A stretch of DNA of 63,625 nucleotides, filler included, from Chiloscyllium plagiosum (lineage: Eukaryota), in NCBI RefSeq assembly GCF_004010195.1. It is 6 parts of 2 records of this genome, joined end to end, with 100 filler letters (N's around TTAATTAATTAA, not from the genome) between each part and the next. Parts side by side here need not be neighbours in the genome. Positions count along the whole stretch, not along the records: positions 23,217 to 44,742 come from NC_057711.1; 5 more parts are not named here. The stretch is one strand, 5' to 3'. Position 1 is the stretch's first letter. Each line of letters starts with the position of its first letter. The notes beneath the pieces are model-generated. The model made no database searches, was not told where the DNA came from, and saw only the letters and a program-made list of their open reading frames with translations. Below, piece by piece: positions 26,195 through 39,061 of the stretch. Position numbers and translations under genes: made by a program.

Positions 26195-26990
26195 TATTTT
26201 GGAAAGGCAAATCAAGACAGGATTCATATATAATGCTAAGGTCTCGGAAGTGTTGCTGAACAAAGAGACCTTGGAGTGCCCTTGTTCCTTGAAAGTAGAG
26301 TCTCAGGTACATAGGATAGTGAAGGCGGCATTTAGTATGCTTTCCTTTATTGGTGAGAGCAGTGAATATAGGAGTTGGGAGGTCTTGTTGTGGCTATAAA
26401 AGACATTAGTTAGACCACTTTTGGAATACTGTTCAATTCTGGTCTCTGTCCTATAGGAAGGATGTTGTGAAATGGGAAAGGGTTCAGAAAAGATTTACAA
26501 GGATGTTGCCAGGATTGGAGGGTTTGAGCTATAAGGAGATGCTGAGGCTGGAGCAGCAGATGCTGAGGGGTGACCTTACAGAGATTTCTAAAATCATGAC
26601 AGGCATGGATAGGATAAATAGACCAAGTCTTTTCCCTGGGGTGGGAGAGTCCAGATCGAGAGGGCATAGGTTTAGGGTGAAAGGGGAAAGATTTGAAAGG
26701 GAGCTAAGGGTAACTTTTTCATGCAGAAAATGAGTTGCTAGAGGAAGTATGGAGGCTGGTACAATTACAGCATTTAAAAGGCATTGGGATGGGTACATAA
26801 ATAAGGGTTGAGAGGCATATGGGCCAAGTGCAGCCAGACCTGCTAAGAATCTGTCTACCTTTGTCTCAAAAATATTGAGCAATCCATGCCCACATGCAGC
26901 AAAATGGGACTAGATTACATTAGTATATCTGGTTGGCATGAATGAGATGGACCGAAGGGTCTGTTTCTGTAGTGTACATCTCTACGACTA
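26195..26990 (+). mobile_element. CR1 LINE 3' fragment, rearranged
   Basis: [19 protein letters not shown]...RGHRFRVKGERF. Confidence 0.88.
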
Positions 26991-26999
26991 ATGATGTGA

Positions 27000-28640
27000 C
27001 TAAAGAAACATACTCCATGGAAACCAGAACACACATAAGCAATAGCAACTTTGGAAATGAGCTTGCCTGCCTTAGTGCTCCTGCCTCAGAAATCCCAAAT
27101 CCAGCTGAACCATTCTCCTTGGAGGTGGCTGCACCAGTCTCCACAATATCAGCTGACTTACCGCAAGAGTTGCATAGCCAGTTGAGACTAGTAGCCTTTG
27201 CCTCGCATGCTCATGTCAGTATGGCATGTGAAAACCACTTATTGGTGGTTCTGGGCAGTTCCACATTTTACCTTCACTGTAGGTTTACTACAATGTATAT
27301 TAGTGGTCACAAATGAAAGGGCATTTGCGACATTTTGTGAAAAATTGTCTGATATGTGCCCAAAGTAATCTCAACAAAAATGTGAAGAAGGGAGTCCTTA
27401 GACACACAAGGCCAGCACAGGGGCCTTGGGCAAATCTTCAAATTGATTTTGTGGGTCTACTACCCCCAACATGGCATGACATAATTATACCCTGATTAAA
27501 GTAGATACCTTCCCCAAATGGGCAGACGCTTTTCCCACTTGAACTGATTCCACTAAAATCACAGCAAAGGTCCTGTTCGAAAAGGTTTTTATTCAATCGG
27601 CTTTACCAAGAAGTAGTGAATCAGATCAAGGGACAAAATGTTCCAGCCCAGGTGAAGCAGAATGTCAATGACACTATTAGAGATAAAAGAAAGTTTTCAC
27701 ATATCCTATAGGCCCCAAACCAGCGGGATAGTTGAAAGGATGAATTGAACTTTCAATTCATTATATTGAGAGTGCTAATCTCCACACCCTGGCAACCAAT
27801 TCGTGTACATGAAGGGCTGGTTCTAACCCTGCATCCTGAAAGGATGAGATTAGATTAGATTAGATTAGATTACTTACAGTGTGGAAACAGGCCCTTTGGC
27901 CCAACAAGTCCACACCGACCCGCCGAAGCGCAACCCACCCATTCCCCTACATTTACCCCTTTACCTAACACTACAGGTAATTTAGCATGGCCAATTCACC
28001 TGACCTGCACATCTTTTGGATTGTGGGAGGAAACCGGAGCACCCGGAGGAAACCCACGCAGACACGGGGAGAATGTGCAAACTCCACACAGTCAGTCGCC
28101 TGAGTCGGGAATTGAACCCGGGTCTCTGGCGCTGTGAGGCAGCAGTGCTAACCACTGTGCCACCGTGCCACCCACTAATGGAATATCCTGGCCAAAATGA
28201 TGCAGCAGCACAAAACCACTTGGCTAATGGTGCTTCTTAATGTCCTGGCAATAATAATAAGATCTGTAGCTTCCTCTCCAGGATTTACCTCTTGAACTTG
28301 ATGACAGACCAAGAGATGTGTAGTCTGGAACTACTGCTAGGATTAGACCTACCTGAGCCGGAAGTAGATGGAATAATGAAAGATAAAGTGGCAACAACAG
28401 CTGGTTGAGAATGTAAAAGCAGTCAATTACGTGGCCGCAGATAATACAGGAAGGAAGATACCCAATAATCCAAGACAAAGCCAATGGAGCTGCAGGTGGG
28501 GCAACATGAAACAACTTCTTTCCTGGTCCCTAGATTTGCAGGACCATATAAAGTGAGAGACAAAGCAAGTCCATCAGTATACAAGGTGCTAACAGCACCA
28601 AACAAGAGGGGGTTGTATCATTTTAATCAGTTAGAACCAT
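27000..28640 (+). mobile_element. Degraded retrovirus-like pol: RT connection/tether, integrase Zn finger and core, GPY/F module; interrupted by a SINE
   Basis: SAPASEIPNPAEPFSLEVAA..QELHSQLRLVAFAS..ACENHLL; NCLICAQ..GPWANLQIDFVG; VDTFPKWADAFP; SDQG; YRPQTSGIVERMN; ILAKMMQQHKTTW; LVPRFAGPYKV. Confidence 0.8.
27848..28169 (-). mobile_element. HE1-type V-SINE, full length
   Basis: Reverse complement of the HE1 head at ~28100-28169, with a (TAATC)n tail at 27848-27872. Confidence 0.9.
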
Positions 28641-29504
28641 TTTTGGGGGGGTGGGGGGGTTGGGGGGAGGGGAAAGAGGGGGGAGACACAGGGCAAGATA
28701 ATTATCATCACTTACATGTAATGTTGGAAGAATGTGATGCCCCAAAGTTAGGGAACTTAAAGAGTGGGACTGACGTTTGAATCCAGACCAGGGAATCGCA
28801 AGACCAGAGCAAAATGCAGAACCAGCAGGTGCACTGTATCTCCCAAACTATTAGTGAACAGATGGACTCCTCAGGCTCACCAATGGAAATAAAAATAAAG
28901 GAAATAAAAAAGGGGTACACAATGGATGAAATAGCCACCCTCCAACCGAAATGAATGAGGGGAAGGGATGCAGGGTTAGAACCAGCCCTTCACGTACACG
29001 AATTAGTTGCCAGGGTGCGGAGATTAGCACTCTCAATATAATAAAAGGCATAGAATAAACTGTAAGACTGGAATCTATGCTGTTTTTTGCAGGAAACTAA
29101 GACAATATTATAGAACAGAGGAAGAGTCAAGAGAACTGATGATTATCGTCGTCTTCCTTGGAATTGAGATTAGTATCACTGCGAGATATTGGCACTGGCA
29201 GCTGACAGACTTCTTGTATCAAGACAAGGGGTTGGCAGCGACTGACTGCAAGCATAAAGCTTTAAGAATTTGAACAAACGTCACAGTAACAACTGCGTGT
29301 TGGGATAAGAGATGTTTTGTTAAATCAAACATTTGGGACCCACTCCTTCCTTCAGGGAACAGCTCTGCCAGGCAAAAGGATGGTGATACTTTTTATGTGG
29401 TCTGAGACAAATCTTAAGGATTGGAGACCTACAGTATTTGATGGCTCAGTCGAATGGATTCTAGTGCAAGCCCACGCTTACTACAAAGCCAAGTGTACAC
29501 ATAA

Positions 29505-30445
29505 GTCGTGTTGCCATGGTCTGGCGATGGAGGAGTCCAAGGACCTGCATGTCCTTGGTGGAGTGGGAGGGGGAGTTAAAGTGTTGGGCTACGGGGCGGT
29601 TGGGTTGGTTGGTCCGGNNNNNNNNNNNNNNNNNNNNNNNNNNNNNNNNNNNNNNNNNNNNNNNNNNNNNNNNNNNNNNNNNNNNNNNNNNNNNNNNNNN
29701 NNNNNNNNNNNNNNNNNNNNNNNNNNNNNNNNNNNNNNNNNNNNNNNNNNNNNNNNNNNNNNNNNNNNNNNNNNNNNNNNNNNNNNNNNNNNNNNNNNNN
29801 NNNNNNNNNNNNNNNNNNNNNNNNNNNNNNNNNNNNNNNNNNNNNNNNNNNNNNNNNNNNTAGGTGAGGACCAGTGGGGTTCTGTCCTGGTGGCGGTTGG
29901 AGGGGCGGGGCTGGAGGGCGGAGGAGCGGGAAGTGGAAGAGAGGCGGTGGAGGGCATCGTCGACTACGTCTGGTGGGAAATTGCGGTCCTTGAAGGAGGC
30001 CATCTGGGTTGTCCGCTAACACGACGGTTGGAGGAAAAGCGCCTCATCTTCTGCCTAGGAACCCTCCAACCACAAGGGATGAACTCAGATTTCTCCAGTT
30101 TCCTCATTTCCCCTCCCCCCCACCTTGTCTCCGGAAAATCCTTCGAACTCAGCACCGCCTTCCTAACTTGCAATCATCTTCCTGACCTCTCCGCCCCCAC
30201 CCCACTCCAGCCTATCACCCTCACCTTGACCTCCCTCCACCTATCGCATTTCCAAAGCCCCTCCCCCAAGTCCCTCCTCCCTACCTTTTATCTTAGCCTG
30301 CTGGACACACTTTCCTTATTTCTGAAGAAGGGCTTATGCTCGAAACGTCGATTCTCCTGTTCCTTGGATGCTGCCTGACCTGCTGCGCTTTTCCAGCAAC
30401 ACATTTTCAGCTCTGATCTCCAGCATCTGCAGCCCTCACTTTCTC
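29505..30445. mobile_element. Penelope-like 3' region with internal inversion (29505-30003 minus, ~30015-30445 plus with pLTR); spans a 243-N gap
   Basis: MASFKDRNFPPDVVDDAL..RPVAQHFNS on minus; RRLEEKRLIFCLGTLQPQG and pLTR on plus. Confidence 0.85.
30322..30349 (+). ncRNA. Hammerhead ribozyme core motif in Penelope-like pLTR
   Basis: CUGAAGA-a-gggc(uuau)gcuc-GAAA-CGUC. Confidence 0.58.
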
Positions 30446-30941
30446 CATAAAGTATGGGGACAGTTTAGATAGGTACCATGGGCTGGAACCTCTCATTAGC
30501 GAGTTTGAGAAGATTTGTAGCTCAGGTTGAGGCTCTGTATGGAAGTTTGCTCGTTAGCTGAAAATCTTCCAGCTCAGCGAGCAAACTTACATTCCGGGAC
30601 CTTTCATATTGTACAAAGATAGCACACCAACTACCACTATCACAACCTATGGGTCTACCTCAGAGCCACAGTGTAGCAAATCTCCGAGAGATACAGGGAA
30701 ATTGGTTTGGTTTTAGAAGAAACAGAAGAGATAGTTACCCTCATTTTGGGAAACCACTGGGTCTGTCGAGAAGAAATGATCGAAAAAGGGCTAACTCAGT
30801 GTGAATTTGCCTCTTATGAGCACTGCTCATTGTCTATCCTGCTGATGAATAACCAAACATTTAAGTATGCCTTAGTGGGAGACATAGACTATATTGTCAT
30901 GACAACCCAGGATACCAAAACAGAAGGACATGTTGTACCTT

Positions 30942-33900
30942 AGAATATAGAACATAGAATAACATCAAGGGCCTAAGGGCCTGTGCTGTTCAAAGATCAA
31001 ACATACCTTTCATTTTACTATCATCCATGTGACTATATAAGTGTTGCTTAAATGTCCCTAATGTATCTGACTCTACTACCATTGCTGGCAGTGCATTCCC
31101 TGCACTCACCACTCTCTGAGCGAAGAACCTACCTCTGACATCTCCCCTAAACCTTTCTCCAATCACCTTAAAATTATGCCCCCCCACGATAGCCATTTCC
31201 ATCCTGGGAAAAAGTCTCTGGCTATTCACCCTATCTTTCCCTCTCATCTTGTACACCTCTATCAAATCATCTCTCATCCTTCTTCACTCCAATGAGAAAA
31301 GCCCTAGCTCAGTCAACCTTTCTCCATAGACCTCCCCTCCAGTCAAGGCAGCATTCTGGTAAATCTCCTTTGCACCGTCTCCAGAGCTTCCAAATCCTTT
31401 CGATAATGACATGACCAGAATTGAACACAGTATTCCAACTGTGGTTTAACCAGGGCTTTATACAACTGCAGCATAACCTCGTGGCTTTCAAATGCAATTG
31501 ATAAGAGTCATAGAGATGTACAGCATGGAAACAGACCCTTCAGTCCAATCCGTCCATGCTGACCAGATATTTCAACCCAATCTAGTCCCACCTGCCAGCA
31601 CCCGGCCCATGTCCCTTCAAACCCTTCATAAAACATAGAACATTACAGCGCAGTACAGGCCCTTCGGACCTCGATGCTGCGCCAACCTGGCATACCAATC
31701 TGAAGCCCATCTAACCTACACTATTCTATGTACGTCCATATGCTTGTCCAATGATGACTTAAATGTACTTAAAGTTGGCGAATCTACTTCCGTTGCAGGC
31801 AAAGCATTCCATACCCTTACTACTCTCTGAGTAAAGAAACTACCTCTGACATCTGTCCTATATCTACCACCCCTCAATTTAAAGCTATGCCCCCTCGTGC
31901 TTGCTGTCACCAGTTTTGGAAAAAGGCTTTCTTTGTCCACCCTATCTAACCCTCTGATTATCTTATATGTCTCTGTTAAGTCACCTCTCAACCTTCTATT
32001 AAACTCCATTTGCCACCTCTCAGCCCAGCTCTGCAGCTTATCTATGTCCCTCTGTAACCTACTACATCCATCGTCACTATCCACAACTCCATCGACCTTA
32101 GTGTCGTCTGCAAATTTACTAATCCACTCTTCTATGCCCTCATCCAGGTAGTTTATAAAAATGACGAACAGCAGTGGACCCAACACCGACCCTTGTGGTA
32201 CACCACTAGTAACTGGACTACAGGATGAACATTTCCCATCAACCACCACCCTCTATCCTCTTTCAGCAAGCCAATTACTGATCCAAACTGCTATATCTCC
32301 CACAATCTAATTCCTGCATATTTTGTACAATAGCCTAGTGGGGAACCTTATCGAACTCCTTGCTAAAATCCATATACACCACATCAACCGGTTTACTCTC
32401 ATCTACCTGTTTGGTCACCTTCTCAAAGAACTCCACAATCTCATTCCTCCGCATTTTATACAATAGCCGACTGTGGGGAACCTTATTGAATGCCTTGCTA
32501 AAATCCATATAAACCACATCAACCGGTTTACTCTCATCTACCTGTTTGGTCACCTTCTCAAAGAACTCAATAAGGTTTGTGAGGCATGACTACCCTTCAC
32601 AAAACCGTGCTGACTATCCCTAATCAAATTATTCTTTTCTAGATGATTATAAATCCTATCTCTTATAATCTTTTCCAACACTTTTCCAACAACTGAAGCA
32701 TATCCCTCCAAACCCTTCCTATTCATATACCCATCCAAATGCCTTTTAAATGTTGCAATTGTACCAGCCTCCACCACCTCCTCTGGCAGCTCATTCCATA
32801 CACGTACCACCCTGTGAAAAGGTTGCCCCGTAGGTCTCTTTTATATCTTTGCCCTCTCTACTAATGAAAGCCAACATACTGTACGCCTTAACAACCCTAT
32901 TAACTTGGGTGGCAACTTTGTTGGATCCATGGACATAAACCCAAAGATCCCACTGTTCCTCCACACTGCCAAGAATCCCGTTTTTAACCCTGTTATCTGC
33001 ATTCAAATTCGGCTTTCCAAAGTGAATCACTTCACACTTTTCCAGGTTGAATTCCATCTGCCACTTCTCAGCCCAGCTCTACATCCTGTCAATGTCCCGT
33101 TGCAACCTTAAACAGCCCTCCATACTAATCACAACTCCACCAACCTTCTGTAAGGTTGTGTCATTGGCAAACTTACTAACCCACCCTTCCACTTCTTCAT
33201 CCAAGTCATTTATAAAAATCACAAAGATCAGAGCTCCAAGAACAGATCCCTGAGGAACACCACTGGTCATCAAGCTCCAGGATGAGTACCAGGTCATTCC
33301 ATCAACCACCATACTCTGCCTTCTACGGGCCAGCCAATTCTGTATCCAGACAGCCAAATTTCCCTGTATCCCATGCCTCCTTACTTTCTCAACGAGCCTT
33401 GCTTAAGTCCATGTACACCACATCCACTGCTCTACCATCAATGTGTTTTGTCACATCCTCAAAGAATTCAATAAGGCTTCTGAGGCATGACCTTCCCCTC
33501 ACAAAGCCACGCTGACGATCTCTAATCATGCTATGCTTTTCCAAGTCCTGTCTCTCAAAAACCTCTCCAATAATTTGCCTACCACTGACGTCAGACTGAC
33601 TGGACTGTAATTCCCAAGATTATCCCTATTCCCTTTCGCGACAACGGAATAAACATTTGCCACACTCCAATGATCTGGTACAACTCCGGTGGACAGTGAG
33701 TACACAAAAATCATCACCAAAGGGGCAACAATTTCTTCCCTCGCTTCCCGTAGTAACCTTGGGTATATCCTGTCTGGCCCAGTGGACTTATCTATTCTTA
33801 CGTTTTTCAAAATTTCCAGGACATCCTCCTCCTTAACATCAACCTGTTCAAATGTAACAGCCTGTCTTATGCTGTTCTCACAAACGACAAGGGTCCTCTC

Positions 33901-35612
33901 ACTAGTGAATACTGAAACAAAGTATTCATTCAGGACGTCTCCTACCTCTTCCAACTCGAGGCACAAGTTCCCTCCATTATCCTTGATCGGCCCTACCCAT
34001 ACTCTCACCATCCACCTAAGTGCTGAACACCTCGGGGTTTAGAACATAGAACAATACAGTGCAGAACAGGCCCTTCGGCCCTCGATGTTGTGCTGACCTG
34101 TGGACTATTCTCAGCTAGTCCCCCTACACTATCCCAAAATCATCCATGAGCTTATCTAAAAAGAATTGTTTAAATCTCCCTAATGTGGCTGAGTTGTCTA
34201 CCTCAGCAGATAGGGCATTCCACGCCCTTACCACTCTCTGCGGAAAGAATTTGCCTCTGACATAGGGTCTTAAATCTATCACCCCTCAATTTGTAGCTAT
34301 GCCCTCTCGTACAAGCTGACGTCATCATCCTAGGAAAAAGTCTTTCTCTGTCGACCCTATCTAATCCTCTGATCATCTTGAATGTCTCTATCAAATCCCC
34401 CCTTAGCCGCCTTCTTTCCAATGAGAAAAGACCCAAGTCTCCCAAACTTTCCTCATACGACCTTCCCTCCAGACCAGGGAACATCCTGGTAAATCTCCTC
34501 TGCACCTTTTCCAATGCTTCCACATCCTTCCCGAAATATGAGGACCAGAACTGTACACAATATTCCAAGTATGGCCGCACTAGTGTTTTGTATAGTTGTA
34601 GCATGATATTGTGGCTCCGGAACTCCATCCCTCTACCAATGAAACCTAACACACCGTATGCCTTCTTAACAGCACTATCCACCTGGGTAGCAACTTTCAG
34701 GGATCTATGTACATAGACTCCAAGATCCCTCAGCACATCCACACTACCAAGAATCTTTCCATCGACCCAGTACTCTGTCTTCCTGTTATTCTTTCCAAAG
34801 TGCATCACCTCACATTTAGCTGCATTGAACTCCATTTGCCACCTCTTCAGAAAGCCAGTTTCTAATCCAACTGCTAAATTACCCTCAATTCCATGCCTCT
34901 GCATTTTCTCCAACAGTCTACCATGTGGAACCTTATCAAAGGCTTTACTGAAGTCCAAGTATACCACATCAACTGCCCTACCCTCATCTACATGCTTGGT
35001 CACCTTCTCAAAAAACTTGAGGTTTGAGAGACACGGCCTGCCCTTGACGAAGCCATGTTGACTATCTGAAATCAAATTGTTGCTTGCTCAATGATTATAA
35101 ATCTTATCTCTCATAATCCTTTCCAAAACCTTTCCGACAACAGAAGTAAGGCTCAGTGGCCTATAATTAGCTGGGTCATCTCTCCTGCCCTTCTTGAACA
35201 AGGGCACATTTGCAATCCTCCAGTCCTCAGGTACTAAACCCGTAGACAATGATGACTCAAATATCAAAGCCAAAGGCTCTGCTATCTCCTCCCTAGCTTC
35301 CCAGAGAACCTCGGATAAATCCCATCCTTAATCCTAGCCAAGGCTTTTCCATGCCCCCTTCTAACTCGCCCAAGTCCATTCTTCAATTCCTTCCTGGCTA
35401 CCTTGTAACCCTCTAAAGCCCTGCCTGTTCCTTGCTTCCTCAACCTAAGTAAGCTGCCTTCTTCCTATTGACTAGATGTTCCACATCTCTTGTCATTCAA
35501 GGTTTCTTTACCGTATCGTCCCTTGCTTGCCTCAGTGGGACAAACCTATTTTGCATTTGCAACAAGTGCTCCCTAATAAACCTCCACATTTCTGTTGTGA
35601 ATTTCCCTGAGA
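30942..35612 (-). mobile_element. Cluster of nested/stacked CR1 LINE fragments (at least five 3' ends or internal pieces)
   Basis: ORFs 31716..32249 (SGVPQGSVLGP..KFADDTK), 33079..33357, 33526..34011 and 34203..35075. Separate 3' tails at ~30942, 31505, 31630 and 34040. Confidence 0.92.
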
Positions 35613-35615
35613 ATT

Positions 35616-37443
35616 AGTGAGTTTTGAGAAGATGTGTAGCTCAGGTTGAGGTTCTGGATGCAGCTTTGCTCACTGAGCTGGAAGGTGCGCTTTCAGACAT
35701 TTTGTCACCATACTAGGTAACATCTTCAGTGAACCTCCGGATGAAGCACTAGAGGTGTAGCCTGCTTTCTATTTACGTGCTTGGGTTTTTTTGGGTTGGT
35801 GATGTCATTTCCTGTTCTTTTTCTTCGGGGGTAGTAAATGGGATCCACGTCCATGTGTTTGTTGATAGAGTTCCGGTTGGAATGCTATGCTTCTAGGAAT
35901 TCTCGCCGCTGTTTGGCTTGTTGTAGGATGGATATCTTGTCCCAAGATGAAGTGGTGTCCTTCCTCATCTGTATGTGAGGATACTAGTGAGAGTGGGTCA
36001 TGTCTTTTTGTGGTTAGTTGGTGTTTATGTATCCTGGTGGCTAGTTTTCTGCCTGTTTATCCAATGTAGCGTTTGTTATAATTCTTGCACGGTATTTTGT
36101 AAATGACATTAGTTTTGCTTGTCCGTAAGGGGTCTTTCAAGTTCATTAGCTGCTGTTTTAATGTGTTGGTGGGTTTGTGGGCTACCATGATGCCAAGGGG
36201 CAAGTAGTCTGGCAGTCATTTCAGAGATGTCTTTGATGCAGGGGAGAGTGGCTCGGGTTTCTGGATGTGTTTTGTTTGCTTGTTTGGGTCTATTGTTCTG
36301 AAATTGGCAGACTATGTTCATCGGGTACTCTTTTTTTTAAATACACTGTCTAGGTGATTCCCCTCTGCTCTTCGTAGCTCCTCTGTGCTGCAGTGTGTGG
36401 TGGCTTGTTTGAATAATGTTCTAATGCAGTTTCATTAGTTGGTGTTGGGATGACCTCTTCTGTAGTTCAGTATTTGGTCCATATGCGTTGTTTTCCTGTA
36501 GACGCTGGTTTGAAGTTTCCCATTGGTTGTTCGCTCTACTGCAACACCTCAGAATGGCAGTTTGCTGTTGTTTTCCTCCTTTTCAGTAAATTCTATGCCT
36601 GCAATGGTTATTATTAATGGTCTGGAAGGTTTCCTCTAATTTGTTTCGCTTAGTGATGACAAAGGTTCATCCACATAGCAGACCCAAAGTTTGGGTTGGA
36701 TAGTTGGCAGAGGTGTTTGTTCAAGTCTCTGCATGACTGCCTCTGCTAAGAACCCTGATATCGGATATCCCATGGGTGTTCCGCTGGTTTGTCTGTAGGT
36801 TTTGTTGTTGAAAGTGAAGTATGTGGTAAGGCATAGGTCCACTAGCATGATGATATTCTCCTTGATGATGAAGTTGGTGGTGTTTGGTACATGTGTATTT
36901 GGTTCTTCTAATAGTGTAGTCAGTGTTTCCTTAGCCAGGTTGATGTTGATGGATGTGAACAGGGCTGTTACATCAAAGGAGACCATTATTTCATTCTCTT
37001 CGATCTTAGTGTCTTTGATGGTCTTCAGGAATACTTGGGTGGAGTGGACGGACTGGCGTGAGTGTTTTAATCTTTGGTCTAGCTCCTTGGCCACTCTGTA
37101 AGTTGGTGTTCCAGGTAGTAAGACTATGGGACTGAGGGGGTTCCTGGTTTGTGAATTTTGGGGAATCCAAAGAAGCGTGGTGGGTTGGATCCGTCTGGTT
37201 TCATTTTTTGGAAGTTGATCTTATTTATTTCTCCAGATTTCTGACATTTTTTGAGTAGGGCTGTGATTCGGTTCTCTAGTTGTGGGGTAGGGTCTATCAC
37301 CATTTGTTGCTTAGTGTTGGTACCTGTAAGTAGTGTGTTTGCTTCCTCAATGTGGTCTCTTTGATTTAAAAGGACTGTCCAGCATCCTTGGTCTGCAGAT
37401 AGGATAACAATTTTTTAAGTCTTTCACGAGCTTTCCTTTCTTG
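35616..37443 (-). mobile_element. Penelope-like element of a second family: RT, GIY-YIG region and terminus, degraded
   Basis: ORF 36636..37094 VSFDVTALFTSI..YFTFNNKTYRQTSGTPMG..WVCYVD. Decayed hammerhead at ~35692-35733. Confidence 0.9.
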
Positions 37444-37534
37444 TGTGTCAAGTGTGTTTCCTTCCTTTTTCCTGCTTAATGTTCCCAAAATTCCCAAACC
37501 AGGAGCCCCCCTCAGATCTCAGGAAAAGAACCTA

Positions 37535-37900
37535 ACACCAGGCTTAGTGCCAGAGACCTGGCCGCTGTGGCTTTCCCTTGGTAGGTCCTGTTGCTCCCCT
37601 CAACAGTATCCAAAATGGTATACTAATTCTTGAGGGGAACAGTCACAGGGGATCCCCGCACTGACAGCCTTTTCCCTTTCCCTCTCCTGATGGTCACCCA
37701 GCTACCTATATCCTGTAAGTTACGTGTGCGTTACTACCTTCCTAGAACTACTCTTCAGCCTCCTGAAGTTCATCCAGCTCTAACTCCCTAACATGGTCTG
37801 TGAGGAGCTGGAGTTGGGTGCACTTCTCGCAGGCCAAGTCAGCAGGGACACTCGTAGTGACCCTTATCTCCTGCATCCTGCAAAAGGAGCATGCAATTGC
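37535..37900 (-). mobile_element. CR1 ORF1 fragment
   Basis: Reverse complement resembles the ORF1 region at 38221-38520. Confidence 0.6.
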
Positions 37901-38220
37901 TCCAACTTCCATCCCCTCTGCTCTAAACTGCCAAGAGATTTTACAAAAAAAGATGGAAAGTACGTGGCTATCAGCAATATCTCTTCAGACTTGTCACAGA
38001 GACATAGACCTGAAGCAGACGTTTTGGTCAAACTCATCCTTGCCGACCAGATATCCGAATTCAGTGTGTTTCCTTCCTTTTTCATGCTTAATATTCCCAA
38101 AATTCCCAAATCAGGACCCCCCCCTCAAATCTCAGGAAAAGAACCTAACACCAGGCTTAGTGCCAGAGACCTGGCCGCTGTGGCTTTCCCTTGGTAGGTC
38201 CTGTTGCTCCCCTCAACAGT

Positions 38221-39061
38221 CAGATTCTGCTCCTCACAGAACGTGTTAGGGAACTGGAACTGGAGTTGGATGAACTGAAGATTATTTGAGAGGCTGAGAA
38301 AGTGATAGATAGAAGCTACAGGGACATAGTTACGCCAGAGAACAGAGGTAGCTGGGTAACAGTTAGAGGTGGGAAGGGGAGGAAGCAGACAGTGCAGGGA
38401 TCTCCTGTAGTCATTCCCCTAAACAATAGGTATACCACTTTGGATACTGGTGGGGGAGACAGCCTAGCAGGGGTAAGCTGCAGTGACCGGGTCTGTGGCG
38501 TGAGGTCTGGCTCTGAGACTCAGAAGGGAAAGGGGGAGAGGAGGAGAGCGCTAGTTATAGGAGACTCTCTAGTTAGAGGGACGGACAGGCAGTTCTGTGG
38601 ACATGGGCGAGACTCTCGGATGGTTTGTTGCCTCCCTGGTGCCAAGGTCCGAGACGTCTCGGAACGTGTCTTCAGAATCCTTAAGGGGGAGGTGTGCAGC
38701 CAGAAGTCGTGGTGCACGTTGGCATCAATGACATAGGTAGGAAGAGAGGTGGGGAGGTCATTCAAGAGCTCAGGGAGTTAGGCTGGAAGCTGAAAGCTAG
38801 GACAGACAGAGTCGTCATCTCTGGGTTGTTGCCGGTGCCACGTGACAGTGAGGCAAGGAATAGGGAGAGAGTGCAGTTGAACACGTGGCTGCAAGGATGG
38901 TGTAGGAGGGAGGGCTTCAGATATTTGGACAATTGGACTGCATTCTGGCGAAGGTGGGACCTGTACAAGCAGGACGGGTTGCACCAGCACCAGAAGGGCA
39001 CCAATATCCTGGGAGGTAGGTTTGCTAGCACTCTGCGGGGGGGTTTAAACTAATTTGGCAG
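38221..39061 (+). mobile_element. CR1 LINE ORF1 with SGNH/GDSL esterase domain (one frameshift), running into a 923-N gap
   Basis: LVIGDSLVRG, CCLPGAKVRDV, VVVHVGINDI, VVISGLLPVP, DGLH...G. SGNH ORF1 is an established CR1 feature. Confidence 0.9.

Noticed and set aside
38302..39053. Host GDSL/SGNH lipase gene
   Set aside because: Intronless, frameshifted and in a CR1 ORF1 context; the esterase domain is a normal part of these LINEs.
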